Shown in pieces: positions 1-23,040 of a stretch of DNA of 64,000 nt. The stretch is from the human T2T-CHM13v2.0 reference genome, Homo sapiens: NCBI RefSeq assembly GCF_009914755.1, contig NC_060928.1; one strand, written 5' to 3'. Under the pieces are notes generated by a model that made no database searches, was not told the origin of the DNA, and was given only the letters and a program-made list of their open reading frames with translations. Every line of letters starts with the position of its first letter. The first letter of the stretch is position 1. A program made the position numbers and the translations under genes.

Positions 1-310
1 TGGCCTTTCAGTTTCCTCACATATAACATGCCTTCTAGATTAATCTGTAAATGTATATGCCTTCTAGATTGCCTTTTAGATTATTCGGTAAATGTATATG
101 ATAATAAATGCAAGCTGTGTCATGCTGTGATTGACACAGAATAAGAAATCAAATATGGTAGATATATTACTAAAGATTCCCTATTTCTGAGAATGGAAGA
201 GAGTATCAGCCACTTCACTTTTTCTGCTTTATTTTGGATTCTAGCTGAAATTCCAATCTAGATACTATTTACATGTGTTTTTGTTCTCTCTTCTGTCTCT
301 CTCTCTCTCC

Positions 311-561
<251 letters not shown>

Positions 562-2660
562 CTGTTTTCTCTTTTAATCTTTACAAGAGGTTGGACATCA
601 GGTTGGATAAGGAGGAAGTTGAATGTTGGAGATTTTACAGAATGCAAACAAAAATTAAGGGTTTCCTAATCTATATCCTGTCTGTTCAAATTGTACTTCA
701 CAGTATTTCCTTGTGCCCATCGAACTTGTGCCACTCCCCTCTGAAATATTCAACAGCATTTCAAGTCTCTTCTACCTTAAGAGCTCCCTCAATAACTGCT
801 GATAAAGAGAAGTTTGAAAACTGCAAACCTAGACATTGAGTATTCTAAAAACTTCCCATTTTTTGGTTCCAAATTCAACCTTACCCTTCTTCACAACAGA
901 AAAAAATAGGAAAGTCTTGAGTGGTCTATGATAGGCCATTCACTCTTAATAGATCTTGTATTAGATTTAGATTTAGTACTTGCCTCTGGATAACTTGTCT
1001 GGATAAGTTGTTTCTCTCTTTTTTTTTCAGTCCCCCCCATTTATTCTTTTACTTTTTATCCTGTGACAATTTCTAAGCAAAATTAGTAAAACTAAGTAGT
1101 TAAAAAATACAAGAAAAAGGAATAGTGTTCACGGACATGCAAAACATGAACAGATCTGGAGCAAATAAAAAGAAGCAGCCTTGAGATGGTCAAGGGAAAA
1201 AAATAACCAGCTACAACATAAATTACTGCCAGGTTCTGCATTTGAGAAAATAAACTGAAATGGCCCAGGTTGGAGAGAGATAGTTCTACTTTTTAGGCAA
1301 AGTTTCAGACAGCTGGTTAAAATAACGTAGATCCATTATGCTCTCTTGATCTTGAAAGGAAGTAAGGAGCGTTTGTCTGAAAAAGATATTTTTTTTTTTG
1401 TAAGAAGGGAGCAACTCTGACTTGAGAACACCTTTCTGTCATAGACCAGCAGAGGCTAAATATACTCTCAAAGTAGGATTTCTGTTTTAATTCTATAATA
1501 AATGCTTTCAGGAAATTCTGGAAAATGTAGCCCCTTTTTCTTCTCACCTCAAGGTTGCCTTGGGTTTATTGCCATCATTAGTGGAAACTGTAAAGCTAAG
1601 CCAATGATTCCATGTGTATTTCAAGATCTGAAGAGCTCAAAGAAAGGTCAGTTACCTTCCTTGCCCCTCTTCTTTTACGGTTATTGGGGTCTGCAGTGCA
1701 AGCAGTGATTGCTGGTGATCCACTTGCATTTCTCTGCTCACTAGATTAAAACCTGGGATGAAGCCCAGAGTGGCAAGAACTTTACATTGGAACTAAACAA
1801 GAATTTAAAATCTACAAGCCTGTTGCCATTTCACGTTTATTTAATGCACAGAAAGTTTGGTATTCAGACACAGTGTGGGGATAGTGTGATAAGGATCATG
1901 CTAAAAAAGACCAGTTCTTTCAGATATTTACATTCATATGAAACACAAAATCATACCTACAACAGCTGTGGATTTTATGCTTGGGCTATTTTGTTTTGTT
2001 GAGTTTATTTTCTTTATCACTATTTTTCCTTTGCTAAGAGCAGTGTTTCAGGGAAAGGGAACATGGATAGCCTTAAAACAGATTAGTAGACATTTGATTG
2101 GAGATACATTTGGAATGAAATGAAAGTAAAGTAACTTATTGTGTGTGATCAGAAACAAATAGGCAAGTGTGACACAACAAATTACATATGATAGCGCTAA
2201 TGGGAAAGGGGGAGAAGAATGTCAAGAGTAGTCCAGAAAATAAAGTTGTTTCTGGCTGTAGATTGAATTGCTATTTGAGTATGCAAAGAAATAAATGATA
2301 TTGAATTGGACAGCACTAATATTATGGTTTCTATTCTGACTCCACGGATAGCAGCTTATCCTTTTTTGTAAACATCATTTTTAGTTCCCCATGGAACAGA
2401 CATGGGGAAATGATAGTGCTATTGTCTCATTTTTATTTGTGCCATCATCATCATATTGCCTTTTAAGAAGCATCATTCCTATCCTCTGGGATACTCTGGA
2501 GGAAAGTAATGAGAGATTACAGTAATCTCTGTTCACTGGGGCAGCAGAAAATACCTGTAACTCTTTGTCTTTCTCATATCTATTTAAATTTGAAGTTACT
2601 AGATGAAAAGTCTGTAGATCAACAATATATACTCCCTTACATGATGATCACTCAATTCTT

Positions 2661-2960
<300 letters not shown>

Positions 2961-5900
2961 TCAATTCTTATCAGTAATGCTCAAGGTGGTTCTGGACTTC
3001 GTGCATTTTCATACATTCTAACCTCATGTAAGACATGGAACCAAACACCAGGGCGTTTGGGTCTTTACTTAGAGGATGAGCAAAGCTTTTGTTTTCATCA
3101 CCTTTTTGGTCTTAATATCACAGTGTCATATATTTCTGTATATTTTTGCAGAAATCTTTGAAAATGTTTTTCCTTGACATAAGAAAGAAAACAGAGAGAA
3201 AAGATCAAGACAGTGGGTTAAGTATCAGCGACAAATTTAACTCAATGTTCACTGAAATCTTTTCCTCTACTTCCTCAAAAAATGGAAATCTACCTTGCAT
3301 ATTTCAGTTCGATATCATTTTCATTATAAGCTTGTTAGTAAATAAGGGTTTGTTCCGTTCTGCCCCATTCCGCCCCACCCCCCACACACCCCCAGCGAAG
3401 AATCATTTTATTTGTATCTTACATATGTGTTATAAACAGAATAAACATTCTGACAGTTTGCATGGAAGATTGATTTCCCATGCTGAAAACAATATAGCAA
3501 GCAACAATGAGCTCTGTCTCTGGCAGGAGAGTTAGAAACAGCGTCAAAAATCCCAGGGAAATGAGCCTCTGCAGAAGACTTTATAAGATATGAATGTTTC
3601 CCTTTATCGTGACTCGCAATGATGCTGCAAAACAGAAATATGCGTTTTGCATAATTGCCAATGCAGCTGCAGCACTCTGTCTGGGATTCTGACTTCAAAT
3701 GGAGATGTAATTGCGTATATCAGATAGATCCCAAAGGTACAGCAACAACCCCGATTTAGTTATTCCAAAAATTTCTTAAGAGACTCCTGACAGCATTTTG
3801 AAATCTATGTAAATTGTTGCTTGGTGTCCAATGGATCGAAGTGAATATGACTCCATTTGAACTGTGCTCCGAAACTTAAAAGAGCATTTTAGAAACACAC
3901 TTAAAAGAATTTTCTGGATTTTCTTAATAATCAGAAAGGGGAATAATTATAAAAAGTACTTTTTGTATGATGTCTTTTAATATATCTCAAACACTGTAGA
4001 GGCACCCTTCTAAAGACCAGGAAAGCTGTTTCTAATTGTTGTAGTCAAAATACAAACTATACATAGTAGGTGTCTAACAAACAAGTACTGGATATCAATT
4101 TCTGCTTGGTCAACCCAAGAAACTCCTTTTATTTTTTATTATAAGAACTGTGTATACTTGAGCCTCACTAGGATCAGTGATTGTTAAGTTGCTGGCAGCA
4201 CATTTCCACTTGCCTGATAAGAAGAGAGCCAAAATTTTTTACACAATATATAAAAGCAACTTTTGCTTCTCTATTGTGTGTATCTACTTCTAAGCCTCAA
4301 ATTCCTCCTAGAAGCACCTTTGCCTTATACAGGTTTTCTCATATAATTCTAGTTCTTATGCTTATCTTTCTAAGTGAAATAACTTCACAAAACATAACTT
4401 TGTATTGCAATTGTTTTTTATAGACATTTCAATTTGACCAAGACACTATTATTTAAAGGGAGTTTAAGAAAAATGAAGGCAGAATTTTAAACGTCCAATG
4501 GTCAGTCTATCTTAATTTGTATGCTGAAGCCTCCAAATAAAACAGAATAAACTCTGTACACAATTGGGCTTCATAAAAGATTTCTTGACTAAAGCTAAAG
4601 AGAAAATGCATTTTAATGATCTCTCTGAATGCTTCTCTTATCCATTACCCCTTTTGAACTTGTCTATACTATATCCACATTATACAATTCACCCATGGAT
4701 TATGCTGAGAATTTACTCTGTGAATTATTTTTTCTTTAATATTATAGAGCTCTTAATTAAATATTGCTCAAATTCCTGGAGGTAGAGCTGCTTAATTTGC
4801 AGTAAAATATACCGTCTGGCTTATTGCAGAGCTACATTTAAAAACTTTTGAAAATCAAGATAGAAATTTAGACAAAACTTTAAAAATTAGATGCCAATAT
4901 CTTGTGTCACTCAGACCTCTGGTAATTGGTCCACTTGCTGGATCAATCAGAAGGAGAAAAATAAGCAAAATCTGTCAATGGAATCCAATACAAATCATAC
5001 ATAGCCTAATATGCCTAATACAAAAAAGAAAGTATTGTAATGGCCAAAAGATAAGAGAGTCTCCTGTTCAGGCCTACCTTTCCTTAATGAGATATTGGAC
5101 AAAAATTCAGAACTATAAACAACACAACCACTTATGAATCAAATTATGAGGCAATCTTATAACCAGAGTATATTAAGCCTTTAGGTAATACTTAGAAGTC
5201 AACCCAGACGCAGAAGTAAGGGAGCAGTCCCAATTCTATTTGTCATTGCTTAAAAGTGAAAAAGTGAAAAAGTCAAAAGTGATTTGACTTAGACCTTTAT
5301 ATCTACAGAGCTATAATGAATAGACAAACCACAACCCAAAAGAATTTTCTCACCTTAAAAACCAGGCAACTGGGTCATGTTCGAAAGGAAGAATTTACTG
5401 AAGCTCAACTTTTTAGTTGTTCTAAAGCCAATAGATTAAACTAATATCTTCTGATAATGTAAAACGAAAGGATATTGGATACAAATTAAGCCCAGCCTTA
5501 ATAATTATTTCCAGTTAAAGATGTTGTAGATAAAATACAATGATCATGCTTTGAAGGGTTATAAGGATCCCTACAGCACTCCATTTTAACTTGGGACTAG
5601 CATAGGTGAGTTAACAATAGTCAAAAGAGGACATAAATATAAATACTAATTTGCTTAGGTGACACTATACAGCCTAAGTCCCACACTTTATAGCATGTAT
5701 TTATTGAAGTATGCAAAATCACCAATATAGTTGTAGGTATGTGCAAATATCAATCATTCTATCTCAATCAATATATTTCCCTTTGTGTTCCTTACTGAAA
5801 ACATCCTTTTTGTATGTAATACCACTTGAAAATTTAATTGAAGAAACTTACTATGTAAAAGGCACTGCTAAACTAAATGTGCCAACAAATTATTATTATT

Positions 5901-7114
5901 TTTTGAGACAAGAAACTTAAACTAGATAACTTGTCATTTTCTTTTTTTTTTTCCTGGGGTAGAGCTGTCCTGCAAGCAAAAGGGATGAATGGATCTCAGA
6001 CCAGTTAGTTTCATCCCTTCTTTTCAAGCTTCTATGAGAAAGCTTCAATTTTGCCAAAGGTCAATATACTACGTAGGGCAAGATTTATTAGAACACAGTT
6101 GAAACACTCTATGATGAAAGAACTAAAGCTAACCAAAATTTCTCCAGAGCCATCAACTAAGAGGATTCCTAGAACTAACTAGATATTCTAGACTGTGGGT
6201 CCCAGAAGTTTCAGCTCTTTTTAACCTCTTTAGGATTATACCAAATTGATTATTCTTATATATTACCATGAAAGAGGCTTTTATGTCTCGTACATTGTTT
6301 AGTATCAATGACAATCATAACTTTTTTAGCCTCTATGCACACAGAAAAGGAGACCATGTGTTAGTAGTACTTATGTAACAACATGGCCACATAATAGAAC
6401 CCTGCTTCCTAAGCGTTTCTTTGGATGCTGTAACTACAACATTTCTTCCTTTTTGAAAAGATCTTACCAAAAAAGCTGCAGCATTTTAAAATTTGTTTCA
6501 GGTGACCCCTCAACTTGATAGGTCCTCATTTGGTACACATTTTCATAATAATTTATTTATCATCTATCTACTCACCTAATCACCACAAAATTTTGCATCT
6601 CATGTATAATTATTTATTCCTAAAAACTTTCCTTCACACAATTATAATATTCTGACTAAAATGAAAGCCCAAGTTTTTCAGTTATTATCTATGCCATTAA
6701 CTAATGTTTTAGTTTCAGCACTTGACAATCCAGATTTAATTCTCTTTCTAGGTGGACAATCTCTATTCCCATTTCTTTTATTGCATTTTTCTACTGTGAT
6801 CCTCAACTGGATCACAGTAGAACTGTGAATTAAAACAACTGGAATTATGACTATTCCTTTGATAAGCAATGTTAGTCTAACATTTCATGGACTTGGATTT
6901 TATTTTGCCGGAGTCTCAGATTATATTTCTTTGTTTCCACAGCATTTCAAACACCCTATAATATATAAGAGGCCTATCTACTGTTTGTGTGATTATTGCT
7001 TCTATTATTTTGAATATTGTGGCATGGACTTGGACACCTGGAATGATTTTACTTGGAGAGAAAACTACATATCCAACAATAAATATTCCCAAGTCAGTCT
7101 TTAAATTCAGTGCA

Positions 7115-8560
7115 TCTTGATTCAGCAAGTATTTATTGAGTTCCAATGGGTTATAAATAATTATTAAGAAAATATTTATTGAGTTCCCATTAAGTGAAAG
7201 GTAATTTTCTGTTGTTAGAATTTAAGCAAAGAACAAATGTACAATTTAAGCAAATCATAAGTAAACAGTTTTGGCAATATGAGATTGTTATGCCATGGGA
7301 ATTGCAAAAGAAATGAGACATTGCCCAAGCATAAAAGCAGTTTATTCAAAACAGAGGAAAACATGAAGTATTACAAGACAGTATGAAAATGTCATGGTTG
7401 GAGCACAAATTAGTAAAGAGATTGAAAATAAAATGTCAGCTAGATAATAAAAAGTTCAGTGAAGGAAAATTTTAAAAGTGGATCAATTTTTAGTTAATGA
7501 TGTGGTGCTGTTTTATATAGAGGGCTAATTCTGATAAAATTACATAAATGAAGTGAGAGATGAATTATGTGATTATTTGAGGGAAGTACTTTTCAAGAAC
7601 AAGCAAATGTAAATGTAAATGCTTTGATAAGATAAAATGGCACTCCTCTCCAATGTTTTATGTATTTATTTATTTTTGAGAAGTAACAAAGATAATTCAG
7701 ACAGTAGTGAATTTGAAAAAGTGTGTAGGGGCTGGGGCCAGACTATTCAGAGACACCATGATAATCACTTCAAGTTTGGTTTTTTGTTTCATTTTGTTTT
7801 GTTTTTCTAAATGTGATGGAAGCTGGAAGCTACTGGAACATTTTGATAAGAGAATGATGCAATCCTAGCCATAAAAAAGAATGAGTTCATTTCCTTTGGA
7901 GGGACATGGATGAAGCTGGAAGCCATCTTTCTCAGCAAACGAACACAGGCAGGCACAGGAAAAACACCACTTGCTCTCAGTCATAATTGGGAGTTGAACA
8001 ATGAGAACACATGGACACAGGGAGGGGAACATCATACACCAGGGCCTGCTTAGGGTTGGGGTGCAAGGGGAGGGAGAGCATCAGGACAAATAGCTAATGC
8101 ATGTGGGGCTCGAAACCTAGATAATGGGTTGATAGGTGCAGCAATCCACCATGGCACATGTATACCTATGTAACAAACCTGCACCTTCTGCTCACGTATC
8201 CCAAAACTGAAAGTAAAACAAATTTTAAAAAACAGAATGATGCAATTCTATACTTACTTGTGACAAAATAGAAAATGAAGGGTTGGAATTATTGGATATA
8301 GGCACAGTTATTAATAGTCTGTTGTAGATGTCCATAGAAAAATGATAGTTGCTTGTCTAGAATGATGGAGGCTATATAATGGTAGACTTGTGATGTGTTT
8401 AGAAGGTAGAGAAAATAGGGTACCTACTAATAGCTTAGATGTAGATTGTTAAATAGGCAGAAAAGCCAATGTTTCAAGGACAATAGATAAGAAGAAAACA
8501 AAGAAACCAAATCCCAGACAGAGAAGAACTTTAGAATTGAGTATGGAGCCAAAGTAGCAC
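7115..8560 (-). mobile_element. L2 LINE fossil, interrupted by an L1PA 3' fragment
   Basis: TTCAGCAAGTATTTATTGAG (L2 3' terminus, reverse strand) followed by degenerate purine-rich L2-like body; boundaries approximate. Confidence 0.5.
7864..8233 (+). mobile_element. Short 5'-truncated L1PA (about PA8-PA11), ORF2 end plus 3'UTR
   Basis: GCCATAAAAAAGAATGAG...GGGACATGGATGAAGCTGGAA...AACAAACCTGCAC; TSD AGAATGATGCAAT at 7851-7863 and 8234-8246. Confidence 0.9.
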
Positions 8561-8849
8561 CATATACTGAGGAGTCCCTGGTCTGGCTGATATAGAAAAG
8601 GGGTAAGCCTGTCATAGACTTTATAGAGTAAAACAGAAATTGGAAAATCCTTTGATAACTGTAAGTGGGCAGGACATACCAGAGATTGCAATAGCCCAAA
8701 ATTAAAAAAATATATATATATTTAATTGAATAATTTACACTCCTTCCTCACATCAGAATTTTACATAGTAAGCAGCCATGGGCTGTAAAATTAGAGAATA
8801 TATGAAATATTGAACATGTTTGGAATTATTGGACTTTGATTCTGCACAA

Positions 8850-8990
8850 GATATATATATATATGAAATGATAATATTTATGTGCATATATATGTATGTG
8901 TATGTATGTGTATATGTACATATATATCTCCTACATATATACATACATATATAACATATATAACTATATATCTATATGTATGTGTGTATC
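8850..8990. repeat. (TA)n/(TG)n/(CATA)n low-complexity tract
   Basis: Alternating TA/TG/CA runs; these explain the spurious Y/I/C/T-rich ORFs. Confidence 0.85.
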
Positions 8991-9440
8991 CTATCAGTTC
9001 TGTTTCTAGGAATACTCTGAAAAAAGTAGTACAAAAATCGGGAGCTGAACTGTCTAAAAGTGAACTCAACATCATGAAATACATATGCCTCTCACCTAGA
9101 ATTTCTACACAAAAGGAAGCATGTGCACTCTCTGCACTCTTTGGAAAAAAAACAAGAAAAAAAGCAAAATATACTTTTCTTTGAGATTATGTATTTATTT
9201 CAGTATATACATGTATATATACATCAGTGTGTTTATGTGTGTATATTATATATGTATGAAGTAAAATAATATTAGTAGTCATGAAAAAAAGAAAAATGTA
9301 ATACACACTCAAAGAACAAGTAGAACAATGGAAACATACCTATTATACTTTGCAAAACAGACCAAAAATGAAATGTAAATATTTTATAAATATGGGTTTA
9401 GCAGGTAAATATGGGAAATTATAGGACACCAAAAAAATAA

Positions 9441-12487
<3,047 letters not shown>

Positions 12488-12955
12488 TATGTTATATAAA
12501 TCTGATTAAAACAATCTTAGGAATTTAAAAGTTTTCTAATCATTTTGCATCCTGATGACTTTTGATACTGTCTCTTGGAAATGATGACCTTCCTTTTGAT
12601 TCAGAATGAATATAAAAATCCCCTGGGTAGATAATGAGCACATTCAGTGACGATAGAAATAATTGTAAAATATTTTTTAAAAAGGAAGAACTTCTTCTAA
12701 GATATGTTGTGGAGCTCACGCAAAATCCAGGCACTGACAGTGGGAAAACTCATTTTTCGATCTTGAGAACTATGGCAGTAGGTATGTATCATCTAACATT
12801 CACAATCACTGTTTTTGCTCGGAGAGCAATGTATATCATGTGAAAAGAAAATAATATTCTTATTATCACCCTCATTATCACTGATTGAGAAGATGTTATT
12901 TGATTTTGTAGAAATTCTTTTGAAAGTTTTTTAAAATAAAAATTTTGAAGGCACA

Positions 12956-12998
12956 CAGAGAGAGAGAGAGACAGAGACGGAGACAGAGAGAGAGAGAA
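12956..12998. repeat. (GA)n microsatellite, interrupted
   Basis: AGAGAGAGAGAGACAGAGACGGAGACAGAGAGAGAGAG. Confidence 0.8.
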
Positions 12999-13952
12999 TA
13001 TTCCATAATTCCATGTACTTAATGTGGTTTCTTCTGAATTAATTTTTCAGTTTTTGTTGTGAATTAGATATGGTAAGGTAGATTTTTATTTTCTGGTTTC
13101 ACACTGCTTAGAATAAAACTTTATCAATTATCCTTTCATATGCTCATACTTCTAAAATGGATGAAGACAGAAGAAAAACTAAATGGGAAGATTCTGTCAT
13201 TACTTATATAAATATATGCTATACATGCAGTCATAAAGCATAAATGATTCAACTCTGAGATGGAATCAAATATAAAATTTTGATATTAGAACATTTGCAT
13301 TGCTTTAATAAGGAATATAACAAACATCTCTTTTGTGTTTTGAATTTGTAGATATTATTTGACAGATTCAGGGGTAAATATAGATTAAGTTTCTTAGAAT
13401 ATTTTAAATTAGATTTATTATTTTTGTTCATCTTCAGTCTGGTTATTAGTAAACATTTTTGCTTTTTTCAGATTTCTCTTCTCATTAACATATTTTTAGT
13501 ATTTGGAAATAGAGGTTAAATAAAATAATTTTAAACTTGAGAAGTAAAAATAGCCAGTGTGAAGGGTCTTAATATTTAATTCATCCCTACTTTCAGATGG
13601 ACAACTCAGTTGCTTTCTTGCTGTTTGTGACATTCTCAAGTTTAGAATTAGAATAACCCAAATAATTCTAATATTTAAAATAAAGTGCAAAGTGGTTAAA
13701 AATGACTCATATATGATTAGAAGACATAAGTTCTAGGATTGGCTCTATTAAAATTTAGTTAAATTTTATGTAACTCAAATTTTTCATTAACAAATTAAAA
13801 AAATGGAATATTCTTTACCTCCAATCTTTTCAACTGTGAATTTATTTGTTATTGATTCTATTTCATATAACAGAGATAATTCAGGAATCTAAACATCCAG
13901 TGAGGTGTTACAGAGCAGCATTAAATAAATTGGCATCAGAAAGAATACCTAG

Positions 13953-19451
<5,499 letters not shown>

Positions 19452-20120
19452 AGAAAGAACACCTAGTGTGATTAGCTCAAATTTCTAGATACTCTAGTTT
19501 TTAAGCCTTTGTGTAAATTTTAGATATTTCAAATAAGAACACTTATTTTCCTGAGAGCCATAGATGAAGAAATATGGGTCACATTTTTTATACAAATCTA
19601 TAAATATTAATAAAAACTTGCCTATTTAAAAGGCTTCCATGCTAAATTTTCCCTCTTTAAAAAACTTTCAAGCTTAGGAAAGTGAAGTAAGAATTATTGA
19701 CACAACCTTTTAAGGATGTTGAATTCAGTTTATATTTAGAAATTAAAATAAAACCTCTTAATTGAAGTCATTATAAAGAATGAAGAAAAAAACTCCTTGT
19801 GTTTGGAATTTTTAAATAGTGAACAGGCCAAGTTCAGACATTTTGTCCACATCTAGGCATATACTAATTCATGGTATACATTAATGCAGCTAATGTAAAG
19901 GGGATGTTATTTGAATTAAATGGATACTGTTATGTGACAATACCAGAGGTAAATCTACATATTAACATAAACTGAGCATGATTAGACAAAGCTTTACTTA
20001 GTAAAAGCAAAAAGTCAATTCATTATCCCAAGTGTCTAGGACAATTATAGAAATAGAGAATGTATTCAATTTACAACAGTTATTATTTTACTGTCATAAA
20101 TTATTTGAACTTTTTCCACC

Positions 20121-20387
20121 TTTTTTTGAGACAATGTCTCACTCTGTTGCCCAGTGCCATCTCGGCTCCTCAACCTCCACCTCGCACCCTCCTTCTCCAT
20201 ACCCCGACATTCAAGTGATTTTCATGCTTCAGCCTCCCGAGTAGCTGGGATTACAGGTGTGCGCCCAGGCTAAGATGGGGTTGTGCTATGTTGTGCTGAC
20301 TGATTTTTAACTTCTGGCCTCAAGTAATCCACCCACCTGGGCCTCCCAAAGTGCTGGGATTACAGGCATGAGCCACCATGCCTGGCC
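20121..20387 (-). mobile_element. Rearranged old Alu (S/J)
   Basis: TTTTTGAGACA...CAGCCTCCCGAGTAGCTGGGATTACAGG...GCCTCCCAAAGTGCTGGGATTACAGGCATGAGCCACC, with internal indels. Confidence 0.85.
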
Positions 20388-21321
20388 CACATTTCTTAAA
20401 TAATAAAATTTGCTGTTTTATAGAGTGGCGCTGGACATTTTGTATCGCATTTCCAGACCCTAGCTCTCTCCTTTGAGCTCTGTGTGTGACTTTCTTTATT
20501 ATTAATAGACAAACAATGCTCACCTACATCGGCAGCCAAAGAGGACTTCTTGGAAATAGTTTCTAAAAATCAAATGTAACCTGTCTTTTCATTCAAAGGA
20601 CTTTATTCTCTTTGTGCAAGTAAACATGTGCCTATGAGTATATGAGAAAAAGGGAAACTGGGAAATGGGATAACTTGCATTACCCTCCCCATCATCTGTG
20701 TCCTCTTACTGTATAGCTTGCAGGAGATTCCTGGTAATGTGTTTGTAGGACAAAGTCGTATTGCAAGGAACTCTTTTTGTAGACATTTGCCATGTTATTC
20801 TAGAGTCTAACTGGTGGAGAACAGACTCTTGGAAGTGGATGATGGTGTTTGGAAAGCACTAAAGAAGAAAATAAGCCGTCTACTACAGGAACTTCTTGGA
20901 GTATTTCTTAAATTTTATTATGTGTATCATATTATGCACATAGTGTGAATGGGGTAATCTTGAATATAGCGTGCCTTGAAAAATTATAGAAACAAGCTGT
21001 ATAAATTTTCGAGGGCCTTAAGTATTCCATAATAACCTAACTTAGCAACACAACTGGAATTGAACACATAAGTAACTCTCATTGTTCAGAAAAATATGCT
21101 CTGCCAAAATGTCATCTCCAAGTGAAGCTATTAAGGTTCAACCTTGATTTTTTTTCTAATTTTAGAGTTCTTTTTATGTTTTTGCCTTCTTACAGCTATA
21201 GAATATAGAGGTGGATGGTGAGCATTGCAGGGCTATAACTATGCTGGAGCATTGCAAAAATACGTTCTTCGACCAGCTTTTGCCCCAGCCACCAACATGT
21301 CTTGCAAACATATGCAAATAA

Positions 21322-21636
<315 letters not shown>

Positions 21637-22659
21637 AAATAAGGGAATTTGTAAGTAATTATTGAGAAAACATTCTATCATGTAATTAATAGGAAATACC
21701 ATTAAAGTAAACTAAAATTAAGTGTTTACGTAGGCATGATGACTCTGCTGATTTATAACAGAACTCAGATTTCCTATTTTCCTAATTTTTCTGACATTCA
21801 CACATCAAATTTGATATCTCTTAATTCAGTTCATCTGTAGTCAAAATTAAGTATCTTTAGTTTTCTCTTTAAGTCTTTTAGATCTTTTAGATCTTTACTA
21901 TCTGAATGTAGGTATTATCATTAACAGTCCCTGCTCTAATTGTCACTAATATCTGAGAAATATTAAGGACATATTTTGACTAGCAGCAAAAACATTTTTA
22001 TGTTGTCTGTGGTAAGTTCTCCTTTTATAAAACAATATTTAAAGATAAACAACATGCTGTTTTTAAAGAAGTAATTGTCACTATGCCAAAGAGCCAGCTG
22101 GAAAGGAAGATAATCACAAATGATTATGACCATTATAATAATTTGCTTTCTAGAGAATTAATTAAAATGAAAATACCAATATAATAGTATTAAAATTCCT
22201 CATAAGGCTTCATACCCCACCACTATCACATACTATGATGTTTTCCTTTTTAGATGTCATTCTAATACTTATCAGTATATATCATTTATGGCCCTAATAT
22301 CTACACTTATTTGTAATGACATTATATTATTTTTGTGGGGCAAATTCAAAAGGTATTTAATAATGTGATTCCTCTACTACTTACTTCTTCTCTTCCTCTA
22401 TCCTTTAAATGTTAGATAATGTAAAGCCTATTTAAATGTAAAGGGGGCATATAGACATTCTACTCGAAGAAACTTATAGATGAAAATGCTGGAAGTATTG
22501 AGAATAGGAATGTATATAGAAGGAGATGAAAGAAATAATTTAAAATGTATTTTATTGTGAAACTCATGTGTAGAATTTTCCATGTCTTTTGACAACAAGG
22601 AATGTTTTTTAACATATTATATCTAAAATTAAAATACAGTTTCCTCATCGGTGAACCTT

Positions 22660-23040
22660 CCTTCATTAACAAAATTTTAGTGACTTCTGTGTCAAGCAAT
22701 ATTTTTAGCTGAGAAAATATTAGCAGTAAAAAAAGAGAAAATTTTTGCTTTCTGAGAGCTTTCTTTAGAATACATAGATCGATATAATAAACAGATATGT
22801 TGTCACAATCGTAAGAAAAATTTCAGATTCCTATCATATAAGAACTTTTCGAGGAATAATGTAAGTTGAAATATACAGACTACAAAGCTACATTGGAGAG
22901 TGGTATAAGGGAAGCCTCTCTAAAAGGGTAACGCATCATCTGAGACCACAGTAAAAAGAAGGAGCTAGAATTCAAATATCGGGTGAGTTTCCAGGGAGAT
23001 GGGATAGACTTAAAATTCTCTATGATGGTAAAAGTCTTGG
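22660..23040 (-). mobile_element. L2 fragment
   Basis: Degenerate L2 3'-region pattern (TGTGTCAAGCAATATT..., AGGGAAGCCTCTCTAAAAGGGTAAC..., TTTCCAGGGAG). Confidence 0.45.

Noticed and set aside
29-100. About 30-bp imperfect tandem repeat (CCTTCTAGATT...GTAAATGTATATG)
   Set aside because: Real but trivial slippage duplication; no spacer architecture, not CRISPR-like
3146-3698. Overlapping 129-aa and 96-aa ORFs in unique DNA
   Set aside because: Non-ATG starts, no recognisable domain, composition typical of chance AT-rich ORFs
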